From the IMG/VR virus record IMGVR_UViG_3300037634_004692: 64,000 bases of DNA; one strand, given 5' to 3'. The notes below the pieces were generated by a model. That model ran no database searches and was not told the DNA's origin. It saw only the letters and a list, made by a program, of their open reading frames with translations. How positions within the stretch are numbered: position 1 is the first letter of the stretch; every line of letters begins with the position of its first letter. The position numbers and the translations under genes were made by a program. The stretch comes from an uncultured virus (IMG/VR IMGVR_UViG_3300037634_004692) (Duplodnaviria > Heunggongvirae > Uroviricota > Caudoviricetes). This document shows positions 1 through 9,200 of this stretch, one piece after another.

Positions 1-2276
1 TCCACTCTACGGATACCAATACTGATACTAACACCAACAAGTTAACGACTTGGAAAGTTACAGGCGACTCAGGCGGTTCAGCTACAATCGGTCACGGTGA
101 AACCGTTGATATTGCTGGTGGTTCTAATGTAACGACTTCGCGTAGTGGTAACACTATAACTATAAACGCTACAGATACTAACACAGACACTAACACCACT
201 TACGATCTTACTATTCCTACAGGTACTACTAAGCTCAGATTGGATGGTTCAGATAATACTGATGATGATATTGAAATTGCCGGTGGTACGAACGTTACCG
301 TCACACGCAACAGTGCTAATAAACTAACCATTAGTTCTACAGACACTAATACTAACACCGATACAATCGATATGGGTGATGGTTTCAAGATCGCCAATAG
401 TGCTGGAACAGATCAGTTTACTGTTACTGAAAATGAAGAGATTCGTTTCGCTGGTTCAGGTGCTACATCTGTATCCTTTGACGCAGCTACGCAAAAGGTA
501 ACGATTAGCTCTACAGACACTAACACAGATACAGTTTATTCTCACCCAGTCCATCCAGGAGATGATATAAATCTCGACACTGGAACGTTGTCAGGTGCTA
601 CAGTTATATCTGATCTAGACTTTAATGTAACAACTGATACCAAGGGTCACGTTACAGACGCTAACGCTTCATACAGTACAAGAAATATAACAGCCGCTAA
701 CGTAGGTGCTTTACCTATTACTGGCGGAGAGATGACTGGTGCATTAACCATTGATGTAGATAACGCCACCATGGGTGCGTTAAGGATCGAAGCTAACCAA
801 ACAGACCCCGACGGTGGTATGCAATGGGCCCAAATGATTTCTTCAACTCTTTCTGGCAGCGATACCGTATACGGTGATAGGTTACAGGGAGGTATACACC
901 TCGATATTAATAGTACACAAACAGGGGGCGGCACAACCCATGAGCATCGGGCATACGGTGTATATGTCGATTTAGATTCAACCGGAACCAGTGATATTGT
1001 TACGGGCGGTTACTTTAAGGCCACTGCAACACCAGCGTCCGGGGTGGCATCCGAAGTCGCTGGTGTGGTCGGATATGCTGAGGATGACGGTGGTAACGGT
1101 AGTGTCACTAATGTATTTGGGGTTAAGGGAAATGCGTATAGTGATAATTCAACTTCTGATACTAACTTGCTCTGTGGGGGCCTTTTTAAAGCATTTAATG
1201 CGCACGATTCCGGTGTAATTAGTGCGGCTAGAGGGGTATTAGCACAAGTTAATATTACGGCCGGCACGGGGGATATTTACGGCGACACAATGGTAGTTGA
1301 TGCGCAATATGATAATGACTCAAATATAATGCAAACCCACACAAGCTACCTTTATTATGGTAATTATGCCGGCCAAATGCCCACCACTCCCTATGGGGTT
1401 TACATTGCGGATGCTGTCCCTAACCATTTCGCGGGGTCCATAAGAACTGGTGATGGTAGCACTAGCCCAGCTAGCACTGCTTGGGCATCATATGGTTTTA
1501 AGGATGAAACAAATACAGGTATGTATAGACCGTTTGACAATCAAATTGGTTTCATGGTAGATGGTGAAAGTAAAATGTCAATCCTGGATTATAAAGTTAC
1601 CTTCCAGAATGTGAGTGCAGGGGTAGATATAGATGGTAATGTGACAGCGACTGAGTTTCATGGCGATTTTCATGGCGATGGTTCTAACCTGACTAACCTG
1701 CCTGCTGGTGGTGGTGGTTACAACATGCAAGTGTTCACCAGTTCTGGTACTTACACTAAGTCCTCTGGTGTCAAGGCTATCAAAGTCACTGTTACTGGAG
1801 GTGGTGGTGGTGGCACCAACCTCTACGGGGGAGGCGCTGGCGGTACTGCAATTTGTCATTGGTCAAATGCAAACTCCATCACTAGCAATACAGTGCCTGT
1901 GACTATAGGCGCTGCTGGGTCAGGTTATTCAGGCGGTGGCAGTACATCGTCCTTTGGTTCTTATTGTTCTGCCACTGGAGGAGGTGGTGGCGGGTCTTAC
2001 TATGGCGGCAATGGAGGTGTTGCATCAGGCGGCGATCTAAATATCCGAGGAGGTGGTGGTTCAGGTGGCGGTTGGCACACAGGTTCAGCTGAAATTCACG
2101 GGGGAATAGGTGGCGCGTCCTATTGGGGCGGCGGCGGTTACGGCTGTACTGGCTCAGCCACTAAATATGGTGGCTCGGGAAGTATGGCTTATGGTGGCGG
2201 CGCTGGTGGTAATGCTAATACTTATTCGGCCCGTAGCGGTAAAGCAGGTGTGGTAATGATAGAGGAGTTCTTCTAA
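1..2276 (+). CDS. Tail fibre protein, 5'-partial, with C-terminal glycine-rich domain
   Basis: Frame is open from position 3, so the true start lies upstream of the window. STDTNT-type fibre repeats, an HPxHPGDD module shared with the 2945-aa fibre, and a Gly-rich C-terminus (VFTSSGTY...GGGGGG...GKAGVVMIEEFF). Confidence 0.85.
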   Translation, partial: HSTDTNTDTNTNKLTTWKVTGDSGGSATIGHGETVDIAGGSNVTTSRSGNTITINATDTNTDTNTTYDLTIPTGTTKLRLDGSDNTDDDIEIAGGTNVTVTRNSANKLTISSTDTNTNTDTIDMGDGFKIANSAGTDQFTVTENEEIRFAGSGATSVSFDAATQKVTISSTDTNTDTVYSHPVHPGDDINLDTGTLSGATVISDLDFNVTTDTKGHVTDANASYSTRNITAANVGALPITGGEMTGALTIDVDNATMGALRIEANQTDPDGGMQWAQMISSTLSGSDTVYGDRLQGGIHLDINSTQTGGGTTHEHRAYGVYVDLDSTGTSDIVTGGYFKATATPASGVASEVAGVVGYAEDDGGNGSVTNVFGVKGNAYSDNSTSDTNLLCGGLFKAFNAHDSGVISAARGVLAQVNITAGTGDIYGDTMVVDAQYDNDSNIMQTHTSYLYYGNYAGQMPTTPYGVYIADAVPNHFAGSIRTGDGSTSPASTAWASYGFKDETNTGMYRPFDNQIGFMVDGESKMSILDYKVTFQNVSAGVDIDGNVTATEFHGDFHGDGSNLTNLPAGGGGYNMQVFTSSGTYTKSSGVKAIKVTVTGGGGGGTNLYGGGAGGTAICHWSNANSITSNTVPVTIGAAGSGYSGGGSTSSFGSYCSATGGGGGGSYYGGNGGVASGGDLNIRGGGGSGGGWHTGSAEIHGGIGGASYWGGGGYGCTGSATKYGGSGSMAYGGGAGGNANTYSARSGKAGVVMIEEFF

Positions 2277-2599
2277 TGAATAAAGTTTTAATACAAGATG
2301 GATTAGTCCATGAAATCTTTGGTGAAGTAGCGCCAGAGTTACACGAAGGTTTACTAGTAGTAGATGCTCCAGTTGATGTGGAATGTGGCTACAGTTACGC
2401 AGATGGTGTCTTTGCGGCACCTGAACCTCAACCAGAACCAACTTATGCAGAGTTACGTGCAGAAGCATATCCAAGCATCCAAGAGCAACTTGATATGCAA
2501 TACTGGGATAGAGTTAACGGCACTAACCTATGGCAACAAGCTATCGCAGAAATTAAACAAAATTACCCTAAACCTCAACAGGAGAGTAACGATGACTGA
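2276..2599 (+). CDS. Putative tail fibre assembly chaperone, copy 1
   Basis: TAATG coupling to the fibre gene; YAELRAEAYPSIQEQLDMQYWD motif typical of small fibre-associated phage proteins. Confidence 0.65.
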   Translation: MNKVLIQDGLVHEIFGEVAPELHEGLLVVDAPVDVECGYSYADGVFAAPEPQPEPTYAELRAEAYPSIQEQLDMQYWDRVNGTNLWQQAIAEIKQNYPKPQQESNDD

Positions 2600-2723
2600 A
2601 CATGATATCACATTTGAAGTAACAGACACGCTGGATGTTGCAGAACATTCCATCACATTTGAAGTAACCGACACGTTACGTAGCGGTAAAGCAGGTGTGG
2701 TAATGATAGAGGAGTTCTTCTAA
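2592..2723 (+). CDS. 43-aa chimeric mini-ORF (EHxITFEVTDTL twice, fused to the last 14 aa of the fibre)
   Basis: AGGAG RBS, ATG at 2592; spans the duplication junction. Confidence 0.4.
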   Translation: MTEHDITFEVTDTLDVAEHSITFEVTDTLRSGKAGVVMIEEFF

Positions 2724-3046
2724 TGAATAAAGTTTTAATACAAGATGGATTAGTCCATGAAATCTTTGGTGAAGTAGCGCCAGAGTTACACGAAGGTTTA
2801 CTAGTAGTAGATGCTCCAGTTGATGTGGAATGTGGCTACAGTTACGCAGATGGTGTCTTTGCGGCACCTGAACCTCAACCAGAACCAACTTATGCAGAGT
2901 TACGTGCAGAAGCATATCCAAGCATCCAAGACCAGCTAGACATGTTGTACTGGGACAAGGCGAATGGCACTAACCTATGGCAACAAGCTATCGCAGAAAT
3001 TAAACAAAATTACCCTAAACCTCAACAGGAGAGTAACGATGACTGA
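2723..3046 (+). CDS. Putative tail fibre assembly chaperone, copy 2
   Basis: Near-identical to 2276-2599 (QDQLDMLYWDKAN vs QEQLDMQYWDRVN). Confidence 0.65.
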   Translation: MNKVLIQDGLVHEIFGEVAPELHEGLLVVDAPVDVECGYSYADGVFAAPEPQPEPTYAELRAEAYPSIQDQLDMLYWDKANGTNLWQQAIAEIKQNYPKPQQESNDD

Positions 3047-3102
3047 GCATGACATCACATTTGAAGTAACAGACACGTAAGTAATATTTATATTATTTGT
3101 AC

Positions 3103-3131
3103 AAAGGGGAGCTTAAAGCTCCTCTTTTTTT
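3103..3131 (+). terminator. Intrinsic terminator
   Basis: AAAGGGGAGC-TTAAA-GCTCCTCTTT followed by a T run. Confidence 0.8.
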
Positions 3132-3238
3132 GAGTATAAATGATGTAATAATCTTATATAAGGGTTATAATAGCTTATATTTTTAAAATCTGATTTACAT
3201 AATTAACTAAATACATATAAGCATTTGGAGATTAAAAC

Positions 3239-6200
3239 GTGGCTTTTAAAATAATTAATAATGAAGTTATCACAGATGGGAGTGTATTAACTAATACAAC
3301 CATTGATACATCAAACGTTCTTGACAATGTATTTACTATTACTGATGGTTTAAATTCAACTCAAGTCAATCGCGGAGATACTGTAACATTTGTTGGATCA
3401 GGTAGTACTACTGTTACTGAAAGCAGCGGCATCGTTACAATTAATACTTCTGTAATTTCATCAGAAGATATACAAGATGCAGTAGCACTATTATTTGAGC
3501 ATAGTAATCATACTAATATAACTGCTACTTATGATGATCCGGGCAATGAAATTATTTTAGTAGCCCCAACAAACATTAGTACATTTATAAATGATGCTGG
3601 TTATCTTGCTACATCTGGTGGTACAATGACTGGCACATTAACATTGTATGGTGATCCAACTACTAACAATGAAGCAGCAACTAAAATATATGTTGATAAT
3701 GCTGTATCAAGTGGCTCGAGCAGCTTAAATAGTGATGATATTACAGAAGGTTCGACAAATTTATATTATACAGATTCAAGAGCAAGAAGTTCAATTAGTG
3801 CTACTGGTGACATATCATATAACCCAACAACTGGTGTAATTTCATTCACTGAAAGAACAGATGCAGAAGTAAGAGGTTTAATTTCACATGTTGATAATGG
3901 TGGTGACGGGTCTTTATCCTATAACTCGACCAACGGCGTTATTACATACACAGGCCCAAGCACAACAGAAGTAAGAGCACATTTTACAGGCGGCACCGGG
4001 GTAACAATAACAAGCGGTTCAATAGATATAGGACAAGAAGTCAGTACAAGTTCAGATGTTACATTTAATGATGTACAAGTAAGTGGTGATCTAACAGTTT
4101 CTGGTACCACTACTACAGTTAATACAGAAACCATTAATCTTGCTGATAATATTATATTACTTAATTCAAATGCAACAGGATCTGCAACAGAAAATAGTGG
4201 TATTGAAATTGAACGAGGGTCTGATGCAAATAAGACCCTTATATGGGACGAAACTACTGATAAATGGACAGTCGGTAGTGAAACATTTGTTGCAGCTACA
4301 TTTGAAGGTAATTTGACTGGTACAGTAAGTGATATTAGTAATCATGATACAGATGATCTAAGTGAAGGCAGTACAAATTTATATTATACAACAACCAGAG
4401 CTAATACTGATTTTGATACAAGACTTGCAACTAAAGACACAGATAATTTAAGTGAAGGCTCGACAAACCAATATTACACAGATTCAAGAGCAAGAAGTTC
4501 GATATCAGCCTCAGGCGACCTATCATATAACTCAACAACTGGTGAAATAAGTTTTACAGCATCAGGATCACCAGTTACAAGTGTTAATACACAAACAGGC
4601 TCAGTTGTATTAGATACAGACGATATTGCTGAAGGAAGCACAAATTTATATTATACAACAACCAGAGCTAATAGTGCAATTGATACACGAGTAAACAAGG
4701 CATTTGTTGATGCATTGAATATACAAGCAGCAAGTGTAGATACAAATAGTGTTGCTTTGGGGACAGATACAACTGGCAATTACATGTCTGGTATTTCAGG
4801 TACAGCTAATCAAATTCAAGTAACTCATACCCCAGCAGAAGGATCATCTGCAACGATTGGTTTAACAGATGATGTTACTATCTCTAATGATTTGGTCGTG
4901 TCAGGAGATTTAACAGTTAACGGCACAACTACTACTGTTCTTTCTTCTAGTACACGTATTAATGAAAACTTATTATATTTAAATGAAGGCGGCGAAGCAA
5001 CAATCACAAATGCAGTAGGTAATGGTTCGACGGTTACATATACCGCAGATAACACATTCAGTATTGGTTACACTGTTGATATTACAGGTATAAGTCCAAC
5101 TAGTTTCAACGTTACAGATGCTACTATTACAGCGGCCGATAGTACGTCATTCACAATTAGCAGTACAGTAACAGATACATATGTATCTGGTGGTGAAGCA
5201 CATGGACATGCACATGTTAACGTTGACTTGGGTTGGGCTGGTGCTTATGATGATGGAACATATCATCACGCTGGTTTCTTCAGAGATGCTTCAGACGGAC
5301 GTTTTAAAGCATTTGATAGTTACGTTCCAGAACCATCTGATTCAATTAATATTGATACAAATCACGCAAGTTTTGCCTTGGCTAACATTCAGGCTGATAC
5401 ATTTATTGGTGATTTGACTGGTACAGTAAGTGATATTAGTAATCATGACACAGATAACTTAACAGAAGGTTCAACAAATTTATATTATACAACAACCAGA
5501 GCTAATACTGATTTTGATACAAGACTTGCAACTAAAGACACAGATAATTTAAGTGAAGGCTCGACAAATTTATATTATACAGATTCAAGAGCAAGAAGTT
5601 CGATATCAGCCTCAGGCGACCTATCATATAACTCAACAACTGGTGAAATAAGTTTTACAGCATCAGGATCACCAGTTACAAGTGTTAATACACAAACAGG
5701 CTCAGTTGTATTAGATACAGACGATATTGCTGAAGGAAGCACAAATTTATATTATACAACAACCAGAGCTAATAGTGCAATTGATACACGAGTAAACAAG
5801 GCATTTGTTGATGCATTGAATATACAAGCAGCAAGTGTAGATACAAATAGTGTTGCTTTGGGGACAGATACAACTGGCAATTACATGTCTGGTATTTCAG
5901 GTACAGCTAATCAAATTCAAGTAACTCACACCCCAGCAGAAGGATCATCTGCAACGATTGGTTTAACAGATGATGTTACTATCTCTAATGATTTGGTCGT
6001 GTCAGGAGATCTAACAGTTTCTGGTACCACTACTACAGTTAATACAGAAACCATTAATCTTGCTGATAATATTATATTACTTAATTCAAATGCCACAGGT
6101 ACACCAAGTGAAAATAGCGGCATTGAAGTCGAGCGTGGGTCAAGTACAAACGTAGATTTACGATTCAATGAGAGCAACGATCGTTGGCAATTCACAAACG

Positions 6201-9200
6201 ATGGTTCTACTCATTACAATATCCCTGTACCAAGTGAGTACACTAGCTACACTCACCCAACCCATCCTGGTGATGACTTTAGTGTAGACACTGGTGCATT
6301 AACTGGTGCCACCGTAGTTAGCGACATAGATATAAATGTAACAACTGATACATTAGGTCACGTAACAGATGCAAATGGTACAGTTTCAACTCGTACAATT
6401 ACTGCGGCCAATGTAGGTGCTTTGCCGATTACAGGCGGAGAGCTGACAGGCGACTTAGGTATCGGAGAAGATGAAGACAATTTCTATACGAAACTTGTTG
6501 TTGGCGATTTAGCCGGTGCAGATGAGGGAATCCAAATTGCTTCTTCTACAACTGGTAAAGGCTCTTTATTATTCGCTGATGGCGGTGGTTATGTAGGCGG
6601 GGGTTCGACACCCAATTTCACACAGTATCGCGGTTGGTTAAGATATGACCACAATACTGATAAAATGGACATAGCTACAGCTGGCGGCCCTCGATTGACA
6701 ATCGACAGTAGTGGCAATACGACTATTACTGGAATAATGACAGCCAATGGGACATCTTCATCATCGGCACCAAAATATACATTTAATGGAGACAATAATA
6801 CCGGCCTTGGGTATATTGGTTCAGATGCAGTAGGTTTAATTGCAGGTGGCTCACGTAAGTTTTATGTTAGCGGCACTACTGCATACTTCCAGAATCTATC
6901 TGGGGGAGTTGACATATCTGGAGATTTAACAGTTTCAGGTACTGTAGATGGTCGTGACGTATCTGTTGATGGCGCCAAGCTTGATACTATTGACACAAAT
7001 GCCAATTACTATATTCATCCAACCCACCCTGGTGATGACATTGACATTGATACTACTCCGTTAACAGGTGCTACAGTCATATCTGATCTAGACTTTAACG
7101 TAACAACTGATACATTAGGTCACGTAACAGATGCAAATGGTATAGTTCAAACTCGCACACTTACACTTGCTGATTTGGGATACACAGGCGTGACTGGCGC
7201 TGATAATTATGGTGGTTGGGATTTATGGGTCGAAGGTACTGACAGAGGTGTTATATCTAGTAGTGAAAATGTCAAGTTTGTTGGTGGCACAAATGTTTCT
7301 TTATCATATAGCACTACAGGTGATAACACTATAACTATTAATTCCACAGGTGGCAGTGGCGGCGCAACTGAGTTAGATGATCTGAGCGATGCACAAACGG
7401 GCACAGGTACGAACTGTATCGGTATCGGTAATGGGGCACAAGACAGTATAACTTCTGGTAATGCTTCTATAGCTATCGGGGCATATGCACAAGCTAACCA
7501 AACCAACGTAGGAACAGCAAACAATACGTTAGGTTACCTCTCAATGGCTAACGCCACGGGTAACTACAACAACGCTTTCGGTTACTTTGCGATGAAAGGT
7601 ACAACTACTGGCAACAGTAATAGTGCATTCGGACATAGCGCATTATCTGGATCAGGGGCTAAAACTGGTAACAGTGCCTTCGGTTCAAACGCTCTAATAG
7701 ATGTAACCACTGGTGAGTATAATATAGGTATTGGTTACGAGGCTGGTGACGACATAACTACTGGCTCTAATAACACTATTATTGGTAGGTTAGCTGGCTC
7801 AACATCTCTATCTAGTACAGTTCTAATAGGAGCTGGCGATACTGAACGTCTAAAGATTAATAGTACAGGTTTGTACGTTAATGGTTCAGCTACTCCCTTA
7901 ACTAATTACTCGTTACCGCTTGCCACTGACTACACACGCGGCGGCATTGAACTATTTAGCGATACCGATCAAACGGTTGCTGCTAATTCAGTGACAACTA
8001 CAGCAGGAAGAACATATGGTATTCAATTAAACAGTAATGATCAAGCAGTTGTTAACGTACCTTGGACAGACACTGGCGCTACTAGCCTCAACGATTTAGA
8101 TGACGCCACAGACACTGTTGGAGCTTCTTTTAACTTAGGAATCGGCAATAACGCCTTAGAGCTTCTCACTGGAGGCTCCTACAACTTAGCTGTAGGCACG
8201 TCTGCTATGCAAAACGTTACAGGTGGGTCATCTAACTGTGCAGTAGGTCAACTTGCTCTTACAGACTCGTCAGGTAACTATAATACCGCAGTGGGGAGAA
8301 GTGCCGCAAAAGACCTTAGTGGGGGAAATGAAAACGTAGCTATTGGCTACAACGCTTTGTACACATCAGGTTCCAAAAGCAAAAACGCTGCGGTAGGTAC
8401 TAATAGCTTACTGAGCCTTACCACTGGAGAATATAATATCGGGCTTGGCAACGATGCTGGCGAAGACATAACTACAGGTTCAAACAACACAGTTATCGGA
8501 ACTCTAGCTGGTTCATCATCTCTATCTAGTACAGTCTTAATCGGTGCTGGTTCAACTGAACGTCTAAAGATCGACTCAACTGGACTCTATGTCAATGGCT
8601 CTACTACTGCTTTAGAGGGTGGTGCTACGTCTATAGATGACTTGAGTGATGCGAGAAGCTTTTTATCGCTAGCCAGCTACGGCTTAGGTGGAGACGCATT
8701 AAACGCATCAATGACAGGGGGTGCCAACACTGCTGTTGGCGGTGGAACATTGACCCAGATTACGTCTGGTTACAACAATACTGCTGTGGGGGTAAGCGCC
8801 CTACGCCTAAACACAACAGGTACAGACTCAACTGGATTGGGCCAACAAGCACTCTACGACCAAACTACAGGGCATGGTAACACTGCGGTTGGTAAGGAAA
8901 GTTTGTCAGGTGTCACTACAGGCCAAAATAACATTGGTATTGGTAAGAAAGCGGGTGAGCTAATCACAACAGGGGAAAATAATACTGTTATCGGTGATCT
9001 GAATGGCACATCAACAATGACCAGTACAGTCTTAATTGGTGCGGGCATAACTGAACGTCTAAAGATTGACCATACAGGGTTGTATGTTAACGGCTCTACC
9101 ACTGCTTTAGTTGGTGGCGCTTCTGATATCGATGGTTTGAGTGATGCAACATCTTACGGTACTTTCAATAATGGTTTAGGTGCTTTCTCATTAACGTCAC

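Larger units (their letters stand above)
2232..3077 (+). repeat. 399-bp direct repeat (2232-2630 / 2679-3077, offset 447)
   Basis: Copies are near-identical except for one clustered patch around 2484-2518 / 2931-2965 and two substitutions near the 3' end. Confidence 0.97.
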
